IMG/VR virus record: IMGVR_UViG_3300048925_000594
DNA length: 64,000 bases
Source: an uncultured virus (IMG/VR IMGVR_UViG_3300048925_000594)
Lineage: Duplodnaviria > Heunggongvirae > Uroviricota > Caudoviricetes
Reading direction: 5' to 3' (one strand)
Part shown: positions 1 through 9,715 of the stretch, piece after piece
Layout: each line of letters begins with the position of its first letter
Numbering within the stretch: position 1 is the first letter of the stretch
The notes under the pieces: generated by a model
Told to the model about the DNA's origin: nothing
Databases searched by the model: none
The model's input: only the letters and a program-made list of their open reading frames with translations
Position numbers and translations under genes: made by a program

Positions 1-483
1 ATGGTAGACAAGAAAAATATTTTAACCTATGAAGGTCTTAAGAGATACGAAGATGAGCTTCAGAACTTAAAAGTAGTCAAAAGAAAAGAAGTTGCCCAGA
101 AAATAAAGGAAGCCAGAGAACAGGGTGATTTATCCGAGAATGCAGAGTATGATGCTGCTAAAGATGAGCAGAGAGACATCGAACTGCGTATCGAAGAGCT
201 GGAGAAGCTGCTTAAGAATGCAGAAGTAGTCGTAGAAGATGAAATAGACTTAGATAAGATTAATATTGGCTGCAAAGTAAAAGTCTACGATGTGGATGAA
301 GACGAAGAGATGGAATTCAAGATTGTTGGTTCCACCGAAGCAAACAGCCTTCAGAACAAGATTTCCAATGAATCTCCCGTAGGTCAGGCACTGATTGGTA
401 AAAAAGTGGGGGACGTTGTTGACGTTGAGACCCAGTCCGGAGTCATTCAGTATAAGGTACTTGAGATTCAGAGAGTGTCTTAA
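1..483 (+). CDS. greA: Transcription elongation factor GreA
   Basis: [13 protein letters not shown] and ISNESPVG motifs; directly upstream of lysS. Confidence 0.97.
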   Translation: MVDKKNILTYEGLKRYEDELQNLKVVKRKEVAQKIKEAREQGDLSENAEYDAAKDEQRDIELRIEELEKLLKNAEVVVEDEIDLDKINIGCKVKVYDVDEDEEMEFKIVGSTEANSLQNKISNESPVGQALIGKKVGDVVDVETQSGVIQYKVLEIQRVS

Positions 484-523
484 AAGTACTTCCTTAACAT
501 AGTTCACAAAGGAGTGAAAACAA

Positions 524-2029
524 GTGGCAGAACAGCAGAATCAAAACCAGAATCAGGTTGTAGAAGAGGATTTAAACCATTTACTTAAGGTTCGCCGGGA
601 GAAACTGGCTGAGCTTCAGGAATCAGGAAAGGATCCGTTTAAAGTTACAAAGTACGATGTTACCGTACACAGCAGTGAGATCAAAGAAAATTATGAAGTC
701 TGGGAAGGCAAGGAAGTCTCCATCGCAGGACGTTTGATGTCCAAGCGGGTTATGGGAAAGGCCTCCTTTTGTAATGTCCAGGATTTAAAGGGTAATATTC
801 AGTCCTATGTAGCAAGAGACAGCATTGGCGAAGAATCCTATAAAGAATTTAAAAAACTTGATATCGGTGATATCGTTGGAATTAAGGGAACCGCTTTTAC
901 CACTAAGACAGGAGAGGTTTCCATCCATGCGGAAAGCGTGGAGCTGCTGACAAAGAGTCTGCAGATTCTGCCTGAGAAGTTCCATGGCCTTACGAATACC
1001 GATCTCCGTTACAGACAGAGATATGTTGACTTAATTATGAATCCGGAGGTACGCGATACCTTTGTTAAGCGTTCCCAAATTATAAAGGAGATCCGCAACC
1101 ATTTGGATGCACAGGGCTTTATGGAGGTTGAAACTCCGATGCTGGTAGCCAATGCAGGCGGAGCAGCAGCAAGACCTTTTGATACCCACTATAACGCCCT
1201 TGATGAGGACGTGAAGCTGCGTATCTCTCTGGAACTTTATTTAAAGAGACTGATCGTAGGCGGTTTAGAGCGGGTTTATGAAATTGGACGTGTTTTCCGT
1301 AACGAAGGCGTGGATACCAGACATAATCCTGAATTTACATTGATGGAGCTCTATCAGGCATATACCGATTACCACGGCATGATGGATCTGGTGGAGAATT
1401 TATTCCGCGAGGTTGCATTAAAGGTGCTTGGCACAGCGGTTGTAACCTATGATGGAGTAGAGATTGATTTGTCTAAACCATTCGAGCGTATTTCCATGGT
1501 TGACGCTTTAAAGAAATATAAGGATATTGATTTTACTGCCATTCATACAGATGAAGAAGCGAAAGCTCTTGCAGACCAGTACCATGTAGCTTACGAAGCT
1601 AGACATAAAAAGGGCGATATTTTAAGCCTTCTGTTTGAAGAGTTTGTAGAGGAGTATTTGATTCAGCCTACGTTTATTATTGATCATCCGGTTGAGATTT
1701 CACCTCTTACAAAGAAAAAACCAAGCGATCCGGAATATACAGAGCGTTTTGAGCTGTTTATTACCAGACGTGAGATGGCAAATGCTTATTCCGAGTTGAA
1801 TGATCCTCTTGATCAGATTGAGAGATTTAAGGCTCAGGAAGCACTTCTGGCAGCGGGAGATGATGAAGCGAACTCAATGGATGAAGATTTTGTTAATGCG
1901 CTGATGATCGGTATGCCTCCTACAGGCGGAATTGGGATTGGTATTGACCGGTTTGTAATGCTGCTTACGGATAGTTATGCGATTCGGGATGTGTTGTTGT
2001 TCCCGACGATGAAGTCACTGGAGAAGTAA
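524..2029 (+). CDS. lysS: Lysine--tRNA ligase (class II)
   Basis: [27 protein letters not shown] motifs, C-terminal [11 protein letters not shown]. Confidence 0.98.
   Translation: MAEQQNQNQNQVVEEDLNHLLKVRREKLAELQESGKDPFKVTKYDVTVHSSEIKENYEVWEGKEVSIAGRLMSKRVMGKASFCNVQDLKGNIQSYVARDSIGEESYKEFKKLDIGDIVGIKGTAFTTKTGEVSIHAESVELLTKSLQILPEKFHGLTNTDLRYRQRYVDLIMNPEVRDTFVKRSQIIKEIRNHLDAQGFMEVETPMLVANAGGAAARPFDTHYNALDEDVKLRISLELYLKRLIVGGLERVYEIGRVFRNEGVDTRHNPEFTLMELYQAYTDYHGMMDLVENLFREVALKVLGTAVVTYDGVEIDLSKPFERISMVDALKKYKDIDFTAIHTDEEAKALADQYHVAYEARHKKGDILSLLFEEFVEEYLIQPTFIIDHPVEISPLTKKKPSDPEYTERFELFITRREMANAYSELNDPLDQIERFKAQEALLAAGDDEANSMDEDFVNALMIGMPPTGGIGIGIDRFVMLLTDSYAIRDVLLFPTMKSLEK
2000..2017 (+). 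repeat. attL core (lysS 3' end)
   Basis: TTCCCGACGATGAAGTCA, exact copy at 32233-32250. Confidence 0.92.
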
Positions 2030-2092
2030 TAGATTGCGAAAAGCTAGTATAATCAAGGCTTTTAAGCAAGATGGCTATTTGATTAATTATAC

Positions 2093-2114
2093 TTTTGTAC
2101 CAATTTTGTACCAA
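2093..2114 (+). repeat. Integrase arm-type binding repeats (2x TTTTGTACCAA)
   Basis: Tandem 11-mers at 2093-2103 and 2104-2114; same motif at 32106-32116 next to the other att copy. Confidence 0.7.
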
Positions 2115-2141
2115 TTAGAACAGAATTAATGCAACTTAGTA

Positions 2142-2197
2142 AATGAATGAGCTATTATACGACATTGCTTGTATAATAGCTCATTCATTATTTTTTT
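2142..2197 (+). terminator. Intrinsic terminator downstream of lysS, supplied by the element
   Basis: Perfect 19-bp stem (2142-2160 / 2171-2189) followed by a T-tract. Confidence 0.75.
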
Positions 2198-2354
2198 GTC
2201 ATATAGGGACTATCTATTTAATGTAGAATAAAGAGTAGCAAAGATAGAAACGCTGTGAATAATCTGAAATTGAAAATGGATAAAGAAATGACCCCCTGGT
2301 AGAGGATACAATTCTATCAGGGGGTTATTATGGTGAAAATATAGAGTCATTGCA

Positions 2355-2558
2355 CTACTTCATATTTGCTGCCGCCAAAATATAAGATTCCACAGCTTTT
2401 TTGGGAATCTTGTAAATTCGGCCAACTTTAAAGGCAGAAATGGATTTTTCTCTAATTAGCCGATAGGCAACATTCTCACTGATTTTTAAAACTTCACAAA
2501 GCTCGTTTAGTGTTAGGATATCTCCGTAGTCATTAAGCATTTTATTTTTTCCTTTCAA
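2355..2558 (-). CDS. Excisionase-family helix-turn-helix DNA-binding protein
   Basis: LTLNELCEVLKIS..AYRLIRE..I.AFKVGR.YKIP pattern typical of HTH_17/Xis. Confidence 0.8.
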   Translation of the reverse strand: MKGKNKMLNDYGDILTLNELCEVLKISENVAYRLIREKSISAFKVGRIYKIPKKAVESYILAAANMK

Positions 2559-2674
2559 GTTTATTTGATAATTATTATATAAGATGTTCGTATTCTAATA
2601 TGTAAAAATGCTAATAAAGGTCACATGATTTTAGATACTGCTGTTTTATTTTAAATATGGCATAACATATTTGT

Positions 2675-2740
2675 AAGCAAAGATAATAGACTGTCCGACA
2701 GTTTTCCTTTGCTTGCCAGAGTATGTATCCCAGAGATACA
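2675..2740 (+). promoter_or_regulatory. Candidate oriT (MOBP-type nick region)
   Basis: GCTTGCCA at 2711-2718 with nested inverted repeats (AAGCAAAG/CTTTGCTT, ACTGTC/GACAGT) and a downstream TGTATC/GATACA repeat, just upstream of mobC-relaxase. Confidence 0.55.
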
Positions 2741-2811
2741 AAAGTATTAGAATCATGAATAATTGATATGTAACCAATGAATGTAATAATTTAAAGTAAC
2801 AGGAGGAAAAA

Positions 2812-3093
2812 ATGGAAGTTACAAAGAAAATAACTATACGCTGTCCCCAAGATAGATATATAAATCTGAAGGAGAAACTGGAGAAGTTAAATATGACGCA
2901 ATCAGAATATTTAAATACTCTGATTGAAAATGACTTAAAGGATAATAATGTTGTATTAAATCAAAAAGAGCTAATATGTGCAATAAGTAGAATATCTACA
3001 TGTATAAATCACCTGGGAGAAAATTATCCAGAAGATGAAGATGTCAGGGAATTAAAAGAGGAGGTACGTTCATCATGGCGAATATTATCATAG
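2812..3093 (+). CDS. MobC-like ribbon-helix-helix relaxosome accessory protein
   Basis: N-terminal KKITIRC..Y..LKEK...MTQSEYL RHH-like pattern; overlaps the relaxase start. Confidence 0.65.
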   Translation: MEVTKKITIRCPQDRYINLKEKLEKLNMTQSEYLNTLIENDLKDNNVVLNQKELICAISRISTCINHLGENYPEDEDVRELKEEVRSSWRILS

Positions 3094-3614
3094 TAAACCA
3101 AGATTATCAGAATGAAGATGCAATTTATAATACAATTAATTATGTATTTGGCTCTGAATATTATCAGTATTCCGGAGCGGTAGGCTTATTATGGTATCCA
3201 TCCTTAAGACAATGCCAAACTGACAAAGTATTGGGTGTAAATGAAATAGACAGTAATATAAAGTATTTAGCAGATTCGTTTCGAGCTGTAAAAACGGCAT
3301 ATAACAAATTGGATGGTCAGCAGGTGGTTCATATTGTAGTGGGATTTGAATGCAAAGATATTATGAATCCGACGTTGGCTTATATTTTTGCAGAACGGTT
3401 TGCTAATTACATAGGGCAGAGATTTCAAGTAATATATGGTGTTCATCAGGGGAGTGATTATAGCCAATATTATCTTCATGTGCATTTTATAATTAACACA
3501 ATTAGCTATGTGGACGGAAATAGATTTTATGATCGGCGAGGAAATTATTATGATCTCGGTAATGCTGCAAAAGAAATCATGCCAAACGCTAAGTGGAATG
3601 TCTATAAGAAGTAA
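3075..3614 (+). CDS. Short MOBP-type relaxase/mobilization nuclease
   Basis: Candidate catalytic Tyr (INYV), HIVVGF motif II, VHQ...HVHFIIN HUH motif III. Confidence 0.8.
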   Translation: MANIIIVNQDYQNEDAIYNTINYVFGSEYYQYSGAVGLLWYPSLRQCQTDKVLGVNEIDSNIKYLADSFRAVKTAYNKLDGQQVVHIVVGFECKDIMNPTLAYIFAERFANYIGQRFQVIYGVHQGSDYSQYYLHVHFIINTISYVDGNRFYDRRGNYYDLGNAAKEIMPNAKWNVYKK

Positions 3615-3931
3615 AATGAGTCGTTTAATAAAGCATAAAGGAAACCTAAGCAGCCGAAGCGTAGGCGCCATGAAGGCGCTACGGAGCGGAGAGAGTCTGC
3701 TTAGGTTTCTTATATGAGCAATATAACAAGGATATTGATGTATGGATATACTGAAAGAGATTAGTTATATATTATATAAATGGCACTGCTGAGTGCCTCA
3801 ACAGCTGCACCGGTTCATAGAAATAGGGTTTGTATTATGTATAGAGATGAACTAAAAAGCATAATTTTAAAATCTCACTAAATTAAAATATATTGTAAAT
3901 TTTATTTTAAGAAGCTACGTAAACACTGAAT

Positions 3932-4240
3932 TTATTTTTTCAATCTTTTAGCCAGATATACTAATGCTAAAAGATCACTTTCGGATAGAGAAGAAGCTTC
4001 TTCAACTAACTGTGAAATGAGAATTGGATTTTCTCCATCCGAATCAAAGAAATATTTCGGAGTAACTTCAAGGTATTCGCATATGTATAAAAATTCCGTC
4101 ATGGACGGCAGTGATTTTCCTGTTACAATTCCGTGAATATATGACCGAGAGTGACCTAAATCAAGGCTCATGCGGTGTTCGGAAACATCTTTTTTAATTC
4201 TAAGTTCTGTAATTTTCTTACGTATATAATCTGCATCCAT
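3932..4240 (-). CDS. XRE-family HTH transcriptional regulator
   Basis: ITELRIKKDVSEHRMSLDLGHSRSYI...G...PS Cro/C1 HTH. Confidence 0.88.
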   Translation of the reverse strand: MDADYIRKKITELRIKKDVSEHRMSLDLGHSRSYIHGIVTGKSLPSMTEFLYICEYLEVTPKYFFDSDGENPILISQLVEEASSLSESDLLALVYLAKRLKK

Positions 4241-4390
4241 TACTTTACCACCCCTTTGTCTATCATAAGGCTTGATCGTTAATATTGCGCATTTTTAAAA
4301 ACTCTATTTTAAAACATATTGAACGCTATAAGAATCAATGATATACTATTATCATAAAATTTGTGGAAATTTGTAAGATTTTGGTAGAGT

Positions 4391-4423
4391 GACATGTTCT
4401 GTCCATGGTAATATGCTATAAAA
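4391..4423 (+). promoter_or_regulatory. Putative WYL-regulator operator and extended -10 promoter
   Basis: GACA-N5-TGTC palindrome at 4391-4403 upstream of TGCTATAAA, just before the WYL gene. Confidence 0.4.
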
Positions 4424-4448
4424 TAGTCATAATAGCAAGGAGGGTACG

Positions 4449-5399
4449 ATGGAGAAATATGAATATGATAGAAAACAGGAACGCCTTTTAACGTTGTACA
4501 CAAAATTAATAGAAGGAGAGGTTATATGTAAGAAAACCGAAGCAGAATACTTTCATGTCAGCCCCCGTTCATTACAGAGAGATATTGATGATTTGAGAAT
4601 ATTTTTGGCAAATCGTTCGGTTAAGACTGGAAGTATGCAGCAACTTATCTATGATAAGAAGTTAAAAGGTTACAGGCTTGTAGACATCCGGAATTTAAAA
4701 ATGACAAATGGAGAACTTTTGGCATTGTGTAAGATTCTTTTAGAAAGTCGTTCTCTTACCAAAGAAGAATTTTTTCCACTTATTGAAAAGCTGTTAGAAA
4801 ATTGTTCTTCTCCAGAAAATAAGCGGGATATATCTACTCTGATTGCAAATGAAAAGCATCACTACATAGAACCTCATCACCATACAAAAATTATTGATGC
4901 AATATGGAATCTTGGGGAAGCAGTTCGCAATCAAAAGTGTGTAAAAATAGAATATAAGAAGCTTAAAAGCAAAGATACTGTAAAGCGGATGGTGAAACCG
5001 GTAGGAATTATGTTTTCAGAATATTATTTTTATTTAATAGCCTTTATCGGTGATAATAAGAAGGAAAGTGAGAGTCAAGTAGATCTATTTCCCGCAATCT
5101 ATCGAATTGACCGGATTCAGAATTTTACTGTTTTGGAAAAGCATTTTTTCCTTCCATATAAAGGGAGGTTTGAGGAAGGAGAGTTTAGAAAGAGAGTGCA
5201 GTTCATGTATGGAGGGAGTCTTCAGCGGATTACTTTTCAGTATTCGGGACTTTCTATTGAGGCGGTTTTGGATCGCTTGCCTACAGCGCAGATTTTGGAA
5301 GAAAAGGATGGGGTTTATACGGTAACAGCGGAAGTGTTTGGAAACGGGATTGAAATTTGGCTTAGAAGCCAGGGAGATGTTGTAAAGATTAAAAATTGA
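4449..5399 (+). CDS. HTH-WYL-domain transcriptional regulator
   Basis: N-terminal wHTH (RSLQRDIDDLR); WYL core RMVKPVGIMFSEYYFYL...YRIDRI; C-terminal WLRSQG. Confidence 0.92.
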   Translation: MEKYEYDRKQERLLTLYTKLIEGEVICKKTEAEYFHVSPRSLQRDIDDLRIFLANRSVKTGSMQQLIYDKKLKGYRLVDIRNLKMTNGELLALCKILLESRSLTKEEFFPLIEKLLENCSSPENKRDISTLIANEKHHYIEPHHHTKIIDAIWNLGEAVRNQKCVKIEYKKLKSKDTVKRMVKPVGIMFSEYYFYLIAFIGDNKKESESQVDLFPAIYRIDRIQNFTVLEKHFFLPYKGRFEEGEFRKRVQFMYGGSLQRITFQYSGLSIEAVLDRLPTAQILEEKDGVYTVTAEVFGNGIEIWLRSQGDVVKIKN

Positions 5400-5427
5400 A
5401 AATATATTTGAAAAGAAGGTGATATCC

Positions 5428-6687
5428 ATGGATGATGAAAAAATTGTTTTTTCATATTCTTCAGCATATGGAGTCTTAGACGATTCTAAAAAAAAGGTAC
5501 GTTATTATCAAGCTTTAAAAAATACTCAAAAGCAATTGGAAACCTTAAATATGTCAAGAGGTGGTAAAAATACGAGTGGTTTTGTTTTTGAAGCATTGGA
5601 TTCTGCGGATACAACAGTAAAAGGCATATCTTCTGGGAAAATTCGGATGATGGTTAATGATAATGGGGTTGCTGATTTCACGACTATTAGATCTGATGGA
5701 ACTACTACTTTACAACAAGCTAAAATGGGATATGAAAATAACCCGTATCAAATTCACGTTGATAAATATAAAGAGCAGACATTTGTAATTAATAAGGGAA
5801 ACACCAAGGTAAAAACTTATCTTGAAAGAAAAGGGGTTATTGTAGAGGAATCTCCAATTTCAAAAGGCCAAGCTGATCTGACCACTAATATCATGAAAAA
5901 CGAAGCAAAAGTCAATCAAAAGATTACTGGTAATAATACAGCACCTATTACGAGTAAATTGGTTGGTATGGTTAATCAAATACAAGCTGCCCATCAATTT
6001 GGTATATCTGCAGCGAAATGTACTGCTGCATTTACTGCGGGCTTTAGCTTTGGCAATAATGTGTATGAATATATTGAAGGTAATAAAGCTTTTCAAGATT
6101 TAATATTAGAAACAGCGAAAGACATTACTCTTTCTGCTGGTGCTACCTATGCTTCTACTACAGGTGGATATCTAATTGCTGGTGCTTTAGCGGACACTGT
6201 CATAGGAACCACAATTGGAACAGTTGCTTCTCAAGCCACAGCAGTCATGGTTAGCACAAGCATTGGTTCAACATTGGTTTCTGTTGGTTCAATAATGGTA
6301 TCAATGTCAGCGGCCATGGGGCCTGCATTTATTTTTGGGATGGCAATAGGTACAGGATATTCTACTATAAAGCTATTGAAAGACAGTTCCGAAAAAATTA
6401 GTTATAAGATGTCAGGTATTAATCATGTAATTAATGAAGCGCTAGAGAGCATGGAATATGCTCAAAAAGAGGTGGCTACTTTGATTGATGAGACTTTTAG
6501 AATTTGGGATTGTAAGTTTGAAGCTAGTTTTAGACAAATCCTTAAAGCTACTATTGATAATGATTTTGAAGAAATATCATCTGGTTTAAACACCATTTTA
6601 GACGTATTTGGAGAGTCTGTTATGTTTAAGACCATAGATGAATTTGATGATTTTTTCTTTGACGATAATACTATATTAAATTTATAA
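5428..6687 (+). CDS. Hypothetical protein: putative E..D..QxK nuclease-like N-terminus plus hydrophobic Gly/Ala/Thr-rich membrane segment
   Basis: GFVFE...ADF...QQAK motif; long small-residue hydrophobic stretch in the second half; follows the WYL gene. Confidence 0.6.
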   Translation: MDDEKIVFSYSSAYGVLDDSKKKVRYYQALKNTQKQLETLNMSRGGKNTSGFVFEALDSADTTVKGISSGKIRMMVNDNGVADFTTIRSDGTTTLQQAKMGYENNPYQIHVDKYKEQTFVINKGNTKVKTYLERKGVIVEESPISKGQADLTTNIMKNEAKVNQKITGNNTAPITSKLVGMVNQIQAAHQFGISAAKCTAAFTAGFSFGNNVYEYIEGNKAFQDLILETAKDITLSAGATYASTTGGYLIAGALADTVIGTTIGTVASQATAVMVSTSIGSTLVSVGSIMVSMSAAMGPAFIFGMAIGTGYSTIKLLKDSSEKISYKMSGINHVINEALESMEYAQKEVATLIDETFRIWDCKFEASFRQILKATIDNDFEEISSGLNTILDVFGESVMFKTIDEFDDFFFDDNTILNL

Positions 6688-6705
6688 CTGTATTGGAGGA
6701 AGGAT

Positions 6706-7542
6706 ATGATAGATCCTATAACTGGCGCCATTGTAGCAGGTGTCCTGGGGAAAGTAGTCAATGATTTTCGTCAAAGTGATAAACTTAGTTCCCAAGCATC
6801 AGAAAAAAACTTAAAATCAATGAATCAAATTGAAGAAGCCAGAGCGGCACAACGTCTAAAACAGGAAGAGGCAAGGCAGGCAATGATAAGATTAGGCAAT
6901 CGTAAAAAAGGAATATTGTCTAGTTCTATGAAAAAATTTTTAGGTGTTTATGAACAATTAAAAAAAATAAATTTTGTAGTTACAGATGGAATTGCTGAAT
7001 TATCAAATTTGCCATCTACTTTAACTGAAGAACTTTCTGGTCAAATTTTATATGTCAGTACCCACATGACTGAGAAAGAGCTGATCTCAACTTTTGTTTT
7101 TAATTCTCTCATTTGGGGTGTGGCAGGGGGAATCAGCACTTCTATTAAAAAGGATTCTCAAAGAAAATTAGATATGGCACAGGCTAGGGCTAAGCAAGCC
7201 AGAGCAATAGCTGAACAGACGACTACGATAGGTCTGGCTTATGAAGCAGTCTTTGAACGTGCAAACAGGATTACAGATGTATTGACAAAATTAAATCTAC
7301 TTTTTCTAAAAAGCCTATCAAATACACAGGATATTATAGAAAAGAATGGAACTGATAAAAATAATTATTCTTTGCAAGAACGTGAAAGCTTGGCTATTTG
7401 TATTAATTTGGCAAAGGCAGTTAAATCTATAATTGATACTCCGCTTTTGGATGAATCTGGTAAAATTACCATTCAGTCTTTAAAAGCAATTGAAAATGGT
7501 CAGAACTATCTTCAAAAGATTAATTGTGAAATGAATCAATAA
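6706..7542 (+). CDS. Hypothetical coiled-coil protein with N-terminal hydrophobic helix and central hydrophobic hairpin
   Basis: MIDPITGAIVAGVLG; LISTFVFNSLIWGVAGGIS flanked by A/Q/E/K-rich helices; GGAGG RBS. Confidence 0.65.
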   Translation: MIDPITGAIVAGVLGKVVNDFRQSDKLSSQASEKNLKSMNQIEEARAAQRLKQEEARQAMIRLGNRKKGILSSSMKKFLGVYEQLKKINFVVTDGIAELSNLPSTLTEELSGQILYVSTHMTEKELISTFVFNSLIWGVAGGISTSIKKDSQRKLDMAQARAKQARAIAEQTTTIGLAYEAVFERANRITDVLTKLNLLFLKSLSNTQDIIEKNGTDKNNYSLQERESLAICINLAKAVKSIIDTPLLDESGKITIQSLKAIENGQNYLQKINCEMNQ

Positions 7543-7723
7543 GTTATGAGAAGAAACAACGCTATTAATTTAACAACGCTAAAAAAGATAACAATATTAT
7601 CTGCCACTAAATAACTAATATGGGCTTGTTGTAGAAGCCTTTTTAACAGTTTGTTTTTTTCGTTCATACAAACGTATTGAGTGTATTTAAAAATAATTCT
7701 AATGTAAGAAGGAGATTTATATT

Positions 7724-9286
7724 ATGGGATCACATTCACAGACATATTACGGAAGAAGAGTCTCTATTGCAACGGCAGGAAGTTCTGATAGAGTTGCGAG
7801 AGAAGCTCTTGCAAGATCATTTAAACTCACAAAAGTACCACCATTAAATATTGAAGTAACAAAAGATGCCAATGATACTAATTGGGAGAAATTTACATTT
7901 AATGGCGACGGAATAAGATATTCAGAAATCATCAATAGTATTACCTGCTTTGATGCAAATGCAAAGATACTTGAGGTTGAGGATGGTATGATTGGACTTG
8001 GTATTAATACGGATGAAGATCTTGAGTACATTATGAAATATTATGAGACTGAGCTGAATAAAAAACTAAAAGAGGTTTCTACAGATCAGCCTGCATTCTT
8101 GGTGACTATAGAAGAGCTAAAAGTCTTACCAGAGGTTTTGTTGGAAGATGAGATAAGTATACCAGAAAACAAAGATATGATAAAAGAAAATGCAAACGAA
8201 TTATCTGATCATTCTCCAAAGTTTATAAGTAAAAAGGTTAAGGAAAAACCAATTGTTGATAGTTTGCAAGCATCTCACAGGATTAGAATTGATTCTGGAT
8301 GTATTGCATGTGGAATTTGTCTGGCTTCTAGTAATTTTTTTCAAGAGAATACAAATGGTACTGTTAAGGTTTGTGGAGCAGGTATCATAGATGTAATAGA
8401 ACTTCCTACTGCTCAACAAATCATAGATGATTGTCCTGTACATGTTATTCGCTTGGAAACGATAAAGGGAAAATTAAGACAAGAAGTTGAAATGCTAATT
8501 CATGATAAATTAGAGAATTATAGTTTGCCTATTCCTGTACGTTCAGAATTTGAATTTGAAAAAAATAATATACATGTTTCTATACCATGGTCTCAAAATG
8601 AGAGAAAATATATTTATTCCAGCGATAATCGAGCAAAGGCAGCAGGGCTAGAGGAATTTAACCGATTAATGTTTTCACAAAGGGAGAATATCATTCAACA
8701 AATTTTTGTTGAATATAAGGCTAATAAACTTCTTCCTTATTCTCGTTATGAGAAAACCAGCAATAATTTTTATTTTAAGGTTGAACAGCAAATCAGTGAG
8801 CTACTGGAAAATGTAAGCGCAGAAGTAAAAACATTGAATTCTCATATAAAGATTTCTAAAGATTTTTCTAATTTTACATTGAAGTTTAATCCATATGAAG
8901 ACGACGTGATAGGTTATTTTAAAACGGGTTTGGAGATATTGCAATCCAATCGAGTATTACAATATCTTTCAGGAGAGTACTATTCCCTTTCTTCCTATGA
9001 AATTTATTTTAATACTGATGATTCAGAGGAATATGTGGGTACGGGACTGTTTGGAAATGATAAATACATTACTAAATACTGTTTTTATAATCTAAAAGAG
9101 GCTTTTGAAACATTGGCTAAGGATATTACTGATGGCTGTCAAATAAAAGCATCCGAAGCAGTTGAAGATGCATATGGAATGCTAAGGTCTTTTTTTGAAG
9201 AAGCGGAAAAAGATATCAAGCAGCAGCTTTTATTAAAAGCTTCACAGTTAAAGCAAGCAATAAAATCGGTTGAAGCATGTATTTAG
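7724..9286 (+). CDS. Hypothetical protein with internal single-cluster ferredoxin (Fe-S) domain
   Basis: CIACGIC...DDCPVHVI (CxxCxxC...CP) inside a 520-aa protein; AAGGAG RBS. Confidence 0.7.
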   Translation: MGSHSQTYYGRRVSIATAGSSDRVAREALARSFKLTKVPPLNIEVTKDANDTNWEKFTFNGDGIRYSEIINSITCFDANAKILEVEDGMIGLGINTDEDLEYIMKYYETELNKKLKEVSTDQPAFLVTIEELKVLPEVLLEDEISIPENKDMIKENANELSDHSPKFISKKVKEKPIVDSLQASHRIRIDSGCIACGICLASSNFFQENTNGTVKVCGAGIIDVIELPTAQQIIDDCPVHVIRLETIKGKLRQEVEMLIHDKLENYSLPIPVRSEFEFEKNNIHVSIPWSQNERKYIYSSDNRAKAAGLEEFNRLMFSQRENIIQQIFVEYKANKLLPYSRYEKTSNNFYFKVEQQISELLENVSAEVKTLNSHIKISKDFSNFTLKFNPYEDDVIGYFKTGLEILQSNRVLQYLSGEYYSLSSYEIYFNTDDSEEYVGTGLFGNDKYITKYCFYNLKEAFETLAKDITDGCQIKASEAVEDAYGMLRSFFEEAEKDIKQQLLLKASQLKQAIKSVEACI

Positions 9287-9715
9287 TGATTTTAAAACCA
9301 GACTTCATTAGCTATATGGTAATTATTTAATCGAGCAATTACATATGTATTTATCATGATTTGATTTTGGATATCGAAATTTCATTTCTGGAACTGGAGA
9401 AGTTCGAATAGAACAATTACCAAAAAATACTTACAGTGAAGATACAAAACAATTCATCCAGGATTTCAACAGATGCAGACTAATTATTATGCGATGATTC
9501 TATTTGGAAGTAAATATAAGTAATTTCATTTATATATTATCTTATTGAATAAGTAAAAAACTATTCAATAAAAATAATTAGTGAGGTTTTATATGAGGAG
9601 AAGAAAACGTTATGAAGTGGTATCTGGAATTTATGAGAGGGGGATTCCACCCTAAAGAAAAGTAAGCGTAAGCTATTGTGTGGTTAAAAGAGCCATAATA
9701 TAAAGGAGACAAAAG

